Sequence record: OZ035789.1
Source: Tequatrovirus BCH953P4
Length of the DNA: 64,000 nucleotides
Strand: one strand, 5' to 3'
Part shown: in pieces, positions 39,660 to 50,254 of the stretch
How the letters are laid out: each line of letters opens with the position of its first letter
Position numbering within the stretch: the stretch's first letter is position 1
The notes under the pieces: model-generated
What the model was told of the DNA's origin: nothing
What the model saw: the letters and a program-made list of their open reading frames with translations, nothing else
The model's database searches: none
Made by a program: the position numbers and the translations under genes

Positions 39660-40223
39660 TTACCATTCCAATGCTAGTTTTTTGAGTTGTTTCTGTTCTT
39701 TTACGTTCTTAGTCACTTCTTTCAAAAAATCATCCGTGACTAATCCTTTTAGTTCTTTTAATACTAAAGGTAGTTTTCCATTTTTAGTAAGAATTGATTT
39801 ATAGTTAATTGCATCATTTGTATTAACTTGATACCGCTTAGCAAGTAACTTAATAATCAATACTTCGGTGGAATCTTCAACCAGTTTTGCCCATTTACCA
39901 TATCTTTTACCACGAGGAACTGCAGCCATTAGATAATTAAAATGAGCTTCATCACTTAAACCTGATCCAATTAAATTCATAGCATATACAGCTGGCATGC
40001 ACTCCGGAAATTGTGATAATGCATTTTCAACCATGAATTTTGAATAATCTTTTTGAGCAATAGAGCATTTAGTTTTATTATTAATAGCTCCAATTATTTC
40101 AAAAAATTCATTTTCAGCTTTTTCTTTAAAAGAATCAGCAGCAGATTGGACAGCTGTCCAATCTTTTGAATACCAAGCAACTTGATGCTCGTTTAATTGA
40201 ATATCATCTTCAAATAAGCTCAT
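39660..40223 (-). CDS. 62: Clamp loader small subunit gp62 (187 aa from ATG at 40223)
   Basis: Sequence [20 protein letters not shown]...; track N-terminal extension rejected. Confidence 0.85.
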   Translation of the reverse strand: MSLFEDDIQLNEHQVAWYSKDWTAVQSAADSFKEKAENEFFEIIGAINNKTKCSIAQKDYSKFMVENALSQFPECMPAVYAMNLIGSGLSDEAHFNYLMAAVPRGKRYGKWAKLVEDSTEVLIIKLLAKRYQVNTNDAINYKSILTKNGKLPLVLKELKGLVTDDFLKEVTKNVKEQKQLKKLALEW

Positions 40224-40224
40224 A

Positions 40225-41184
40225 TCACTTCCACTGCATTTCACATGCTAATTGAATGAAAAGATAAGCTAAATGTAATTCAGTGTTAGCTGCAATTCCA
40301 TGATACTGATTATTTTCACCAACAATTTCGTACATACGAATAATACTTTGCGGAGTTACACGTGAATAGATTTCTTCGGCAAGTTTACCCACAAACCACG
40401 AATAATCAGCCGCATATTTTGGTGCTAAAGCTCTGAGTTGTTTAACATCTTTATTTTTGAGAGACTCAAGAACATCATCAATAGCACCACGATCGTTAGT
40501 AACCAGTGATAAAATACCAGCATCCAAAACACCTTTAGATGAATAACTATCGAGCTCGCCAATAGTTTTACGAAAATCAGGAAAATTCTTTTTAACCAAA
40601 GCTGCTACAACTTTCATATCAGCTATAGCAATTCCTTCATGCTTGCAGATTTCAGTCAATCGACGAATCATCTGCTTCATCATTTCAATTTTATCTTCAT
40701 CGGTCGGTTGACCGAATGTAATAACTCGGCAGCGTGACTGAAGCGGTTTAATAATACCATCAATATTGTTAGCAGTAATAATAATACTACAGTTTGAACT
40801 ATAAGCTTCCATAAAGGAACGAAGATGTCGCTGAGATTCTGCTAAACCTGAACGGTCAAATTCATCAATAACAATTACCTTTTGACGACCATCAAATGAA
40901 GCTGCACTCGCAAAATTAGTTAAAGGACCACGAACGAAATCAATTTTACAATCTGATCCATTCACAAACATCATATCAGCATTTACATCATGACACAATG
41001 CTTTTGCTACAGTTGTTTTACCTGTTCCTGGAGAAGGAGAATGAAGAATAATATGTGGAATCTTACCTTTACTTGTAATAGATTTAAAGGTTTCTTTATC
41101 AAAGGCGGGAAGAATACATTCATCGATAGTAGATGGACGATATTTCTGTTCAAGAATGTGTTCTTTTTCATTTACGGTAATCAT
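40225..41184 (-). CDS. 44: Clamp loader ATPase gp44 (319 aa from ATG at 41184)
   Basis: Walker A GTGKTT; sequence [17 protein letters not shown]... Confidence 0.9.
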
Positions 41185-41216
41185 AATTTCCTCATTCAAG
41201 TTTTAGTGTAAATTAT

Positions 41217-41234
41217 AAAGGGCCGAAGCCCTTT
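41217..41234 (-). other. Intercistronic stem-loop between 45 and 44
   Basis: AAAGGGC-CGAA-GCCCTTT. Confidence 0.4.
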
Positions 41235-41235
41235 A

Positions 41236-41922
41236 TTAAAAATCGTGGGTAGAATCAGCTTCAAGAGCTACCACATAATTCGCGTGTTCACCTTCAAATT
41301 TAGCAGCACCTTGTTTACCTTTTGCCCAGAGCAGAAGTTTATAATTTCCTGGTTGCATTTTCATATTTGCCATATTGATAATGAAATTAAATGTATTTTC
41401 ACCATCATAATCACCAAGAGTCAAAGAATATTTAACACGGGTCAGAGCAGAATCTTCTACTTTATTAAAACCGTTAATTACGATTTTACCTTCTTTTACT
41501 GTGATAGCAATTGTATCAATCTGCAGACCGCGAGATACACGCAACAGCTGTTGAAGGTCTTCAGCTTTAATTTCGGTAACAACAGATGCTACCGGGAATG
41601 GAATTGGTTTATTAGGAGCAACTACTGTACTCGGATCGGCTGCTGGCCAAAAAATTGTTGAGCGAGCATCAGCAATTTTAATATTTCCATCTTCTGATTG
41701 CGAAATTTCTGCATCATCATTAACTAGAGACAGAATACCGAGAAAACCGTTCAAATCGTAAATTGCTACATCAAAATCAATAACGTCAGAAATATTTGCT
41801 TCCGCATAAGTTGTACCATTAACTGCGCGAGTCATAATAAATTGACCGGATTTAAGCATAATACCGGAGTTAATAGTAGCGAAATTTTTCAAAATATTCA
41901 GTGTGTCTTTAGATAATTTCAT
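41236..41922 (-). CDS. 45: Sliding clamp gp45 (228 aa)
   Basis: ORF track; T4 gp45 length and sequence. Confidence 0.9.
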   Translation of the reverse strand: MKLSKDTLNILKNFATINSGIMLKSGQFIMTRAVNGTTYAEANISDVIDFDVAIYDLNGFLGILSLVNDDAEISQSEDGNIKIADARSTIFWPAADPSTVVAPNKPIPFPVASVVTEIKAEDLQQLLRVSRGLQIDTIAITVKEGKIVINGFNKVEDSALTRVKYSLTLGDYDGENTFNFIINMANMKMQPGNYKLLLWAKGKQGAAKFEGEHANYVVALEADSTHDF

Positions 41923-42806
41923 TTCAATTTCCTATTTACATAATAGTTAGACCAGGACCGTACAGCACCCTGATAAGATTCGTCGTTAAACCCATTAGCT
42001 ACTGCAATTTTACGAAATTTATTATAACTCGGTTTTCCGTAAGCATGCCATAAAGATTTTAATTCATCTTCATGTTCAATCCAAGTTCCTCTAGCTTTAG
42101 ATTTTCTAAATTTTGATTTGAATTCCGGTGAATTATTTCTAACAGTTGCTTGAATTGAAGCCCTCTGTCTTCTTTCAGCATTATTCCATAACTCTTTTTG
42201 AGATTTAGAAATTTTTGATTTTACACTTTCTGAATTCATTATATCACTAAACTTTTTAGCATAACTACAATCAAGATATTTCAATTTCATCTTATTTGAA
42301 AGTTTAAGCTTTTTCTCATCGGTCCAGTGATTCTTCATTGAATTAGATATTTTGTATTTTACGTCAGAACTATGTTTGTAACCTTTACGAATACCAACAT
42401 AATCGGGCGTAATTTCAGATTGCGAAAGCTTTACAATTTTTCCAGTTAAAACATTTTTATATGTTCCATATCCTTTAGCGCCAATTAAAGTATTTTCATC
42501 TGCGTATGCTTTATTAAAATATTTTATATTACTTTTTGCTTTAACTTTTAATTGAAAAAATCTTTCCAATTTTCTTGGATCTAATATAGTTTCAGCTAAA
42601 ATTTTGACGGTATATTTAGTGGTTTTAATAAGCTCAAAATATTCATCGCTATAACTCGATGACACGCTTCCAGTATAAATCTTTCCAGCTGAATCAATTA
42701 TATTTGTTCCATCGAAAATTGCGTCAATTTTCGAACCTATATAATAACATGGAAAAATATTTTTAGCTTCCCGCTCTGGAAAGCTAATAAGATATACTAA
42801 ATTCAT
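41919..42806 (-). CDS. GIY-YIG-like (Seg-type) homing endonuclease candidate (295 aa)
   Basis: ORF track; LVYLISF...CYYIGSK motif; basic repeat-rich C-terminus; 4-nt overlaps with rpbA and 45. Confidence 0.55.
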   Translation of the reverse strand: MNLVYLISFPEREAKNIFPCYYIGSKIDAIFDGTNIIDSAGKIYTGSVSSSYSDEYFELIKTTKYTVKILAETILDPRKLERFFQLKVKAKSNIKYFNKAYADENTLIGAKGYGTYKNVLTGKIVKLSQSEITPDYVGIRKGYKHSSDVKYKISNSMKNHWTDEKKLKLSNKMKLKYLDCSYAKKFSDIMNSESVKSKISKSQKELWNNAERRQRASIQATVRNNSPEFKSKFRKSKARGTWIEHEDELKSLWHAYGKPSYNKFRKIAVANGFNDESYQGAVRSWSNYYVNRKLK

Positions 42807-43192
42807 TTATTAAAATCAGCTGCGATTGTTTCGGCAACAATTTGAGCAGCAACAATCAGACGTTCATCTGCATTGCCGCAATATTCATCTTCAAGGCGTT
42901 CACCACATGAAGTCATAATAAATTTAGCACCGGCGTTTAGGGATTCTGTAGTATGTTTGCGCATTAGTTCAATCCATTTATTACTTACTTCACGATCGAT
43001 AGCTTCATAATACGCATGACGAGCAGGTGCAGATTTAATTTTGTTCTGAATAACTTCCATTGCGTTATCAGAAAGAGACAAAACCCATGCTCGACGAATT
43101 TTATTTTGGTTTTGTGGATTTGATTCAGAACGCACGTGTTTTGGCTGAATATCTTTTACATCAACAGTATAATTCACAGTAATTTTAGTCAT
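42803..43192 (-). CDS. rpbA: RNA polymerase-binding protein RpbA (129 aa)
   Basis: ORF track; length and sequence T4 RpbA-like. Confidence 0.7.
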   Translation of the reverse strand: MTKITVNYTVDVKDIQPKHVRSESNPQNQNKIRRAWVLSLSDNAMEVIQNKIKSAPARHAYYEAIDREVSNKWIELMRKHTTESLNAGAKFIMTSCGERLEDEYCGNADERLIVAAQIVAETIAADFNK

Positions 43193-43201
43193 AATACACC
43201 T

Positions 43202-43393
43202 TTAGTCATAATAATCAGTGACAGTCCAAGCTTCATTTCTATTGGACATTATTTTTGTATATTCTGCTTTAAATGCATTCCTAAGCATAGATTCAGTAAC
43301 TATATGCTCTTCATTAGAAAAATTATTTCTCAGAATATATCGTTTTATTTCAGGAATAGTTAATAGATGCTGTCCGGTTGAATATTCTGCCAC
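43202..43393 (-). CDS. Hypothetical small protein (63 aa; GTG start with SD GGAGG)
   Basis: ORF track. Confidence 0.4.
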   Translation of the reverse strand: MAEYSTGQHLLTIPEIKRYILRNNFSNEEHIVTESMLRNAFKAEYTKIMSNRNEAWTVTDYYD

Positions 43394-43403
43394 AATTCCT
43401 CCG

Positions 43404-43411
43404 TATAAATA
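43404..43411 (+). promoter_or_regulatory. Late promoter TATAAATA upstream of the plus-strand HNH endonuclease gene
   Basis: Exact TATAAATA 34 nt upstream of ATG 43445. Confidence 0.6.
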
Positions 43412-43444
43412 TGTTTATCACTCGCTGTATCAAAAGGATATGTT

Positions 43445-44161
43445 ATGAATTATAAACTAATTTATGAAAAGTTAATCTCTAATGCTAAATCTCGAAAACT
43501 TGATTGCTATACTGAATCTCATCACATTATACCACGCTGTTTAAATGGCAGCGATGATGCTTCAAACTTAGTAGATTTAACACCAGAAGAGCACTATGTA
43601 GCTCATCAACTTTTAGTAAAAATTTATCCTTCTGAACCAAAATTAGTATATGCTGCTAACATGATGACAGTTTCCACGAAATACGCTAAACGCAACAATA
43701 AAACTTTCGGTTGGATTCGTCGTAAACTCTGGGAAATAGAAAAGAACAAAGAATTCTCCCAGGAGACACGAAAGAAAATGTCTGATGCAGTAGCTAATAA
43801 AGCAAGACTAACTTGTCCTCATTGCGGTAAGTCTGGATTAAGCGGGAATATGAATCGTTGGCATTTTGATAACTGCCCAAATCACCCTAATCCTAAAGTT
43901 AGACCACCAATGTCTAAAGAACACAGAAATAATATCTCAAACGGGCTTAAAGCAATCGTTCTTGAAGAAACATCTTGCGAATTCTGCGGAATGATAGGCA
44001 AGAAATGCGTTATCGCAGCGCATAGAAATTTCTGCAAGAAAAATCCAAATGGACGCAAGAAAACTGAAAAGACTGGTACTTGCGTCCATTGTGGTAAAGT
44101 TACCACTTTCGGAAATTTATCAAGATGGCATAATGATAACTGTAAATATAAACCTAGCTAA
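43445..44161 (+). CDS. HNH homing endonuclease with three zinc-finger repeats (238 aa)
   Basis: ORF track; HHIIPRC...N...H HNH motif; repeats CPHCGKSG...RWHFDNC; opposite strand to all neighbours. Confidence 0.8.
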   Translation: MNYKLIYEKLISNAKSRKLDCYTESHHIIPRCLNGSDDASNLVDLTPEEHYVAHQLLVKIYPSEPKLVYAANMMTVSTKYAKRNNKTFGWIRRKLWEIEKNKEFSQETRKKMSDAVANKARLTCPHCGKSGLSGNMNRWHFDNCPNHPNPKVRPPMSKEHRNNISNGLKAIVLEETSCEFCGMIGKKCVIAAHRNFCKKNPNGRKKTEKTGTCVHCGKVTTFGNLSRWHNDNCKYKPS

Positions 44162-45842
44162 TCTTAGCTAAACTAAATCTACCAACTTTTTCCATCTGAA
44201 TATGCTGACCATATTCTTGTGGGTCATGGTCTTTATGCGAAATTATGAAGAAGTTGGTATCCTTCAAACCATCTAAAATTTTAGCTACATTTTTAATACC
44301 TTCAGCATCAAATGCACCGTCATACACTTCATCAAGAAATAAACAACTTATTTTAACACCTGAAACTTTTTCAGCAATATCACGCCAAGTAAATAAAAGA
44401 GCAATATCAATTCGTGCTTTTTCACCTTGACTGAATGAAGCATAACTAAAATCTTCACGACCACGGGATTTAATTGTCTCATTAAATTCTTCATCTAATG
44501 TAAACACATAATCCGCTTCCATTATTTTAAGATAATGGTTAATCTGCTTATTAAATAATGGAATGTACTTTTTAATAATAGCACCTTTAATACCAGAATC
44601 TTTGAGCATATCAGTCAAAATTCCTCGGTGGTATTTTTCCATTACTAAATTAGTTTTTGTCTTAACAATTTTATCAAGTTCTTCTTGAAGCAGTGCTATT
44701 TCATCAGCATGGTCAATAAACTCAGAAGATGCTTTTTCTATAGCCGCTTTAACCTTTTTAGCTTTATCTACTGCTGCGATCAAAGATTGCTTTTTATTGC
44801 GAATATCATTTGCCAACGACTGTTGGGTTTTAATATTATCTCGGTATTCATCAACAAGAACTTTTAAATTATCACGATGTGTTGAAAGCTGTTCAAACGA
44901 ATGCGTACATTCAGAAACTTTATCTTTAATTTTAGAAACAACTTTATCACCGGAACTCAATTGTGACAAACAGGTTGGACATAATCCACCTTCGTGATAC
45001 ATATTAATGACTTTATTATACGAGTCAATTTTTGATTTAATTAAAAATGCTTCTTGACCGATTTTATTAAATGCATCAGTTGGGTCTTCGTCTAAAACAA
45101 TATTAACTAATCTTTCATTAGCTTCTTCTATTTCCGATTTTAGCGTTCTAGCTTCTTTTGCCAAATCATCATACATATTTTGCAGACGAGTAAGGTTGTC
45201 ACCCGTTAATTTTTTCTGGCGTTCAACGTTATCATTATATATTTTAATTTGTTGGATAATACTATCTTTTTTAACATCAAGCACTTGGTTCTGCGAATTT
45301 AATTCGCGTATTAGTGCTTTATTAAGCTTATCCATTTCAGCTAATGTTCCTACCTCAAGCAGGTCTTCCACAAGCTTTCTTCGCGCAGGGGTCGACAAAC
45401 CCATGAAAGGGGTATACCCTGCTGTACCAAGGACAACAATCTGCTTGAAACTGGCATATGACATTCCGATAAGCTGTTCAAATTCTGCTTGGAAATCTTT
45501 ACTGCTGGCAGATTCATTAAGACGTGTACCGTTAACGGTGATTTCGAAAACGTTTGGTTTTTGTCCTCTTTTGATATAGTACTTTTTCTCATCATATTCC
45601 ATCCACAGTTCAACTAAAAGTTCTTTCTTATTTGTGCTGTTTATTAATTGACCTTTCTTTACATCACGAAATGGCTTGCCAAAAAGCCCAAACGTGATGG
45701 CTTCTAGCATAGTAGACTTACCACCGCCATTTCGTCCAGTAATAAGAGTTTTTTGAACCTTATCTAATTGAATGTCAATCCCATTTTGACCAACTGACAT
45801 TATATTTTTATATTTTACTCTATTAAGTTTAAAATTCTTCAC
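44154..45842 (-). CDS. 46: Recombination endonuclease subunit gp46 (562 aa), SbcC/Rad50-like
   Basis: ORF track; Walker A GRNGGGKST and long coiled coil. Confidence 0.88.
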   Translation of the reverse strand: MKNFKLNRVKYKNIMSVGQNGIDIQLDKVQKTLITGRNGGGKSTMLEAITFGLFGKPFRDVKKGQLINSTNKKELLVELWMEYDEKKYYIKRGQKPNVFEITVNGTRLNESASSKDFQAEFEQLIGMSYASFKQIVVLGTAGYTPFMGLSTPARRKLVEDLLEVGTLAEMDKLNKALIRELNSQNQVLDVKKDSIIQQIKIYNDNVERQKKLTGDNLTRLQNMYDDLAKEARTLKSEIEEANERLVNIVLDEDPTDAFNKIGQEAFLIKSKIDSYNKVINMYHEGGLCPTCLSQLSSGDKVVSKIKDKVSECTHSFEQLSTHRDNLKVLVDEYRDNIKTQQSLANDIRNKKQSLIAAVDKAKKVKAAIEKASSEFIDHADEIALLQEELDKIVKTKTNLVMEKYHRGILTDMLKDSGIKGAIIKKYIPLFNKQINHYLKIMEADYVFTLDEEFNETIKSRGREDFSYASFSQGEKARIDIALLFTWRDIAEKVSGVKISCLFLDEVYDGAFDAEGIKNVAKILDGLKDTNFFIISHKDHDPQEYGQHIQMEKVGRFSLAKIS

Positions 45843-46102
45843 AAAAGATTCCTTTTAATGTATCTTTTAGACCATTCTATCATATCATCATAATCTAAAA
45901 AGTATTCATCAAATTCAGCCATGCAAACAACACCTTGCGCTGTTTTTGATGTGATATAAATTATTCCAACATATCTAGAATCTTCTTCGGTATAATTAAT
46001 GTTTGCTATGAATTCATCATTAATGTCAAATGTCGAAAACTTCACAGTATGCATCCTTAATACAAGATACAGCCATATCTCGTAATGATTTAGGTGTGTC
46101 AT
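45839..46102 (-). CDS. Hypothetical protein (87 aa)
   Basis: ORF track; between 47 and 46. Confidence 0.45.
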   Translation of the reverse strand: MTHLNHYEIWLYLVLRMHTVKFSTFDINDEFIANINYTEEDSRYVGIIYITSKTAQGVVCMAEFDEYFLDYDDMIEWSKRYIKRNLL

Positions 46103-46289
46103 TATCTAAAATGTTGAAGTTAAAAGATACAGCCCAGTCAGTGCAGACCGTGACCTTTTTAATACAATTATCTTCAGCCTCTAACGGTTCAAACCAATAT
46201 TCAATAATTTCTTTATGTCCAATATCATCTTTTACTTCGCATTCAAAATGCTGACTCATCATAACATTTTTAAATTCATCAAAAGTCAT
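46026..46289 (-). CDS. Hypothetical protein (87 aa)
   Basis: ORF track; overlaps the previous ORF so its start is uncertain. Confidence 0.4.
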   Translation of the reverse strand: MTFDEFKNVMMSQHFECEVKDDIGHKEIIEYWFEPLEAEDNCIKKVTVCTDWAVSFNFNILDNDTPKSLRDMAVSCIKDAYCEVFDI

Positions 46290-47305
46290 TGTGTTGCCTC
46301 TACATATAACTGATTTGCATATTGAATAAGTGCTTCACGGTCAGAATCAGTGATGTCTGGAATTGCATTAATGTATTCTTCCATCAACGTCTGAAGAGAT
46401 TGAACTTCAACTTCTTCACTGTCATCTGACTCGACAGAGTTATCAATTTTTGACACAACTCGTAATGAATGCACAACTTTTTCTAGTTCAGATTCGAACT
46501 TCGTTAGATTTTTGTCTACTTCAGTTACTATAACACGTACTGATAGATTTGTAAAATCTTTATAGTCAATTTTTCCTTTAAATGGATAATGAATTCTACG
46601 ATGCCAGGTAGTGTTGTTTGGAATAAATTCCATTTGTTCTGTTTCTGTATCAAACATCCAGAACCCACGAGGGTCATTCTCGTCACCTGCAGTTAGTGTC
46701 CATGGTGTCCCAATATATCTGACGTTAGCAGCCTCAGAGATAGTATGGAAGTGACCAGACCACACTTCTTTATAAGTCTTAAGGAAATCAGGTTCAAGAC
46801 CATGAGATTTCATTCCTTTATAAAAATAAAATCCGTTCAGTTCCCAGTGACCAACGCAAAAAGAAGCAGATGAAGTTTTGATGTGTTCAAGAATTTCACC
46901 AGTATTTTCTTCACACATCCAAGGAATTAAATCAATTAAACATCCGTCAAAATCTACTGTAGTAGGCTTATCATATACTTTAACATTAGGATATTTAGCC
47001 AAAAGCTCAGTAGAGGCATTTGGATGCATTACATTTTTGTAGTGGAGATCGTGATTTCCTACAATAGTATGTAATGTGATTCCAGCATCATCAAGCATTT
47101 GAACTATTTCACGGGCAAACTCCATAGTTTTATGTGTGATCGCTTTTCGTACATCAAAAATATCACCATATTGAATCCATACAGTAATTCCATTTTTCTT
47201 AGAATATTCTATCGCTTGTTTAATTCCATCAATTTGAATACCGCGAATCCACTCATCATCGGCTTTAACGCCTAAATGCCAATCACCTAAATTTAAAATT
47301 TTCAT
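46286..47305 (-). CDS. 47: Recombination endonuclease subunit gp47 (339 aa), SbcD/Mre11-like
   Basis: ORF track; phosphoesterase motifs DWH and GNHD; T4 gp47 length. Confidence 0.88.
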   Translation of the reverse strand: MKILNLGDWHLGVKADDEWIRGIQIDGIKQAIEYSKKNGITVWIQYGDIFDVRKAITHKTMEFAREIVQMLDDAGITLHTIVGNHDLHYKNVMHPNASTELLAKYPNVKVYDKPTTVDFDGCLIDLIPWMCEENTGEILEHIKTSSASFCVGHWELNGFYFYKGMKSHGLEPDFLKTYKEVWSGHFHTISEAANVRYIGTPWTLTAGDENDPRGFWMFDTETEQMEFIPNNTTWHRRIHYPFKGKIDYKDFTNLSVRVIVTEVDKNLTKFESELEKVVHSLRVVSKIDNSVESDDSEEVEVQSLQTLMEEYINAIPDITDSDREALIQYANQLYVEATQ

Positions 47306-47465
47306 ATATCAAGAACCGTCATTGAAATGCAAAATAAAATTATTGAAATAAATCCATCTGGAGTGCTAAAGAACCCAATCCAACATGCTCTAGTGAATAG
47401 ATAAAATGCAAGAAAAAGTATCACATATCCAAGAAATATCATTATATCAAACTCCGTATAAAGCT

Positions 47466-47483
47466 AAAGGGCCGAAGCCCTTT
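47466..47483 (-). other. Stem-loop overlapping the alpha-gt stop codon
   Basis: AAAGGGC-CGAA-GCCCTTT. Confidence 0.4.
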
Positions 47484-48684
47484 ATTTTGTAATAATGTCA
47501 AACTGTTCTTTAAAGCAGAAGCTTGAATCTTGATGCTGATACAAAAATTCATATGCTTTTTCTCGCTCACGGTCATAAAGAGCTCGGTCAGATGACAGTT
47601 CTTTAATACGCTCGAATGTTGATTCCATGTCATTTTCATCAAACCAAACGATACCGCTATCATGCGAGGTCAAAGGAGTATTATCAACACGGAATTTTAA
47701 ATTTTCGCCAGTAGATTTCCAAAATACCGGAATTGTTCCACATGCACCAAGCTCGAGGTGAGTATATTCTAAAGAGCGCTGTAGATATTTTTTATCCAAC
47801 TTACTCAACTGATAACCAAATCCGGATTTACTCATACGTTCAAGCATTTCGCTATTTACATAACGATCGAGAATTTGCGTTGGTAAATTAGGAGCAATTT
47901 TAATTTGGTCTACTTGATGAAGACGATAATACTCGTATGGAATTCCTTTTTCTTTAATAGGAATGAACGCTGGAGAACGTTCCAGACCTTCCATAATAGT
48001 ACTTAGTCCTGCAGGTTTAAGATGTTTTTCGTGAAAATCAAACATCTGATAAAAACCTTTCCATGTAGTCGTACGACCAATCCAACGGTTGATATTCATG
48101 TTAATTTCAGAAACATCTTTCCAGTAGGTTGATCGAACCTTCGCAATATCCATAGGAGGCTGAAAGTTGTATACGGTCGGTGCTTCTTCAATATCATCAA
48201 ACAGAGAAACTGTTTCTGGATACCATTCTTTCATCAGAACTTTATTAAAATCACCATTATCAGAATGGCTAAAAATAACATCAGCTCGACGAACAGTTTC
48301 TTCTAATCCCAAATTTCGACGCAAAGAAAGAGAAGAATGGTCATGTTGATAAACTACAACACGAACCGAAGGTTTAATGTTATCAATAATTTTTTTATAG
48401 TTATTAATAGTGTCTTCTTCAACTGAAGTAGCAGGAACGGAATTGATAATTAGAATATCACAATCATTTACCAGCTTAAGTGTTTTATCGTATTCTTTTG
48501 CCAATAAAACCGGAATTGAAAATGATTTATAATCATGCGCGCAATTACGGGTAAATGATTTATCTTTAGCATAAACCAAAGTTACTTCATGACCATTTTT
48601 AATAAACCAATCACGCTGCTCAAGAGAAAATTTAGTTACACCGCAACCTTCAAGACCCCGAGCCATAAAAATGCAAATACGCAT
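47482..48684 (-). CDS. a-gt: DNA alpha-glucosyltransferase (400 aa from ATG at 48684)
   Basis: Sequence MRICIFMARGLEGCGVTKF... T4 alpha-gt-like; track N-terminal extension rejected. Confidence 0.88.
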   Translation of the reverse strand: MRICIFMARGLEGCGVTKFSLEQRDWFIKNGHEVTLVYAKDKSFTRNCAHDYKSFSIPVLLAKEYDKTLKLVNDCDILIINSVPATSVEEDTINNYKKIIDNIKPSVRVVVYQHDHSSLSLRRNLGLEETVRRADVIFSHSDNGDFNKVLMKEWYPETVSLFDDIEEAPTVYNFQPPMDIAKVRSTYWKDVSEINMNINRWIGRTTTWKGFYQMFDFHEKHLKPAGLSTIMEGLERSPAFIPIKEKGIPYEYYRLHQVDQIKIAPNLPTQILDRYVNSEMLERMSKSGFGYQLSKLDKKYLQRSLEYTHLELGACGTIPVFWKSTGENLKFRVDNTPLTSHDSGIVWFDENDMESTFERIKELSSDRALYDREREKAYEFLYQHQDSSFCFKEQFDIITK

Positions 48685-48742
48685 AGTTTTCCTCTTTTCA
48701 TTCAATAAATCATGTAAATAATATTTTATTTTCTATAAAACG

Positions 48743-49537
48743 CTACGAATAGGCCCAAACATATCCATAAGCAATTTTGCTTTTTCCAGATATACACTTT
48801 TTAATATTAGACATGCATCCTTTAACGGATACAGCTGCGTCTTTAATTTTAGGAAATACTCGTAATAATTTTCCAGTAGTATCATATTGAAATACTGGCA
48901 CATTTCTTTTCTGAGTTATCCCACGTTTAGATTTAGACATTTTTTGTTTAGTTGCATTAGACATCCTAGAGGGCTTTCCTATGTTATCAGAATAATAATA
49001 TTTCCATTGAAATCCTCCAGCGGTTTTCCTTTTCCCATCTACACATTGTTTAATTGAACTTGAACAGCTATATGACATATCTTCTGCAGCATCTGTAATA
49101 CATCTATATTTGCGAATAAAATTTCCATTTAAATCATATTGATAAATTGGTTTTCCAGCATTTCGTCTAGCGTTAGACATGTATTTTTTATTATCATCAT
49201 CTTTCCAGAACTCTTTCATGCCTTCCGATATTGAGGAAGATACAGCTGTTTTAATCCATCCATACATTTTATTATTTAGTCTTGTTCCGTCAGAACTATA
49301 ACACATCATACGAATAGCTAAAGCCAATTTAGGAAGTCTATAAATTTTAAATAATAATAAATGCGCGGTAAAATGTTCTTCTGGTGTCAAAAGAACTAAA
49401 TTAGTTTTATCATCTGTACCACCCATACATCTAGGAATTATATGATGAGTTTCAGTATAGTATGTCAAAAGACTTTTATCATTGCCTCTGTTTAGTCCTT
49501 TTTCGATCAGTAAATTATATATGTTTAAATAATTCAT
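48743..49537 (-). CDS. HNH homing endonuclease (264 aa), MobB-like position
   Basis: ORF track; HHIIPRC...N...H motif; NUMOD-like C-terminal repeats. Confidence 0.75.
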   Translation of the reverse strand: MNYLNIYNLLIEKGLNRGNDKSLLTYYTETHHIIPRCMGGTDDKTNLVLLTPEEHFTAHLLLFKIYRLPKLALAIRMMCYSSDGTRLNNKMYGWIKTAVSSSISEGMKEFWKDDDNKKYMSNARRNAGKPIYQYDLNGNFIRKYRCITDAAEDMSYSCSSSIKQCVDGKRKTAGGFQWKYYYSDNIGKPSRMSNATKQKMSKSKRGITQKRNVPVFQYDTTGKLLRVFPKIKDAAVSVKGCMSNIKKCISGKSKIAYGYVWAYS

Positions 49538-49570
49538 TTTAATTATTTTATCAAAAATTTATAAAGCAAT

Positions 49571-49590
49571 ATAGGAGCCGAAGCTCCTAT
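49571..49590 (-). other. Stem-loop (8-bp stem, CGAA loop)
   Basis: ATAGGAGC-CGAA-GCTCCTAT. Confidence 0.4.
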
Positions 49591-49763
49591 CCACATAATA
49601 CGCCATACAAAGGCTCATTAGAGCTTCTAAATTTTATGCGCTTATATGTTATAGTTCCTTCTGCTTTAGCTTTATCATGAGACTCTTTAAAGCGTCTCAT
49701 GATTTCTACTTTAGAGGAACGAATTTTATTATAATCTATTTCAGAAGTCTGGGTGTTCATCTT

Positions 49764-49970
49764 TCATAACTGCCACCATTTTTTGACTTGATAAGAATCA
49801 ACCCACACTTTCATATTAGGGTCTGCTCTTACAATAGGAGGATTAACTTCTTTAATTGAACTATCATGGTATTCTTTTTCAGAAATTTTCACACAAAGAT
49901 GACCATTCAAAGATTCAGTAAATCCTGCATTAATTTTAAGACGCTTGAATTTTACGTGTGTAAGCATCAA
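49764..49970 (-). CDS. Hypothetical protein (68 aa)
   Basis: ORF track. Confidence 0.4.
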   Translation of the reverse strand: MMLTHVKFKRLKINAGFTESLNGHLCVKISEKEYHDSSIKEVNPPIVRADPNMKVWVDSYQVKKWWQL

Positions 49971-50253
49971 TCATATCCTCAATCTGCGATCTAGTAGTCT
50001 TCCAAAGAATACTGATGAGTTCATCGTTATATGGCTGTTTTAGAATATCCCGACTTTTCTTGATAGCATATTCGTATTGAGCAAAATTATTATTTTCAGC
50101 TGCGATCTGAGCGTGCTTATAAAGACGATTCAGTTCGCGTTTGTTTTTAGACAATAACTTATTTGCTTTTCTTTCTGCTTCAAGACGGTTCTTTTCTTCA
50201 ATAGAAGAAATAAGCTTTTCCACTTCATCATTAATTTCGGGTTTATCAGTCAT
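49936..50253 (-). CDS. Hypothetical protein (105 aa)
   Basis: ORF track. Confidence 0.45.
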   Translation of the reverse strand: MTDKPEINDEVEKLISSIEEKNRLEAERKANKLLSKNKRELNRLYKHAQIAAENNNFAQYEYAIKKSRDILKQPYNDELISILWKTTRSQIEDMIDAYTRKIQAS

Positions 50254-50254
50254 A

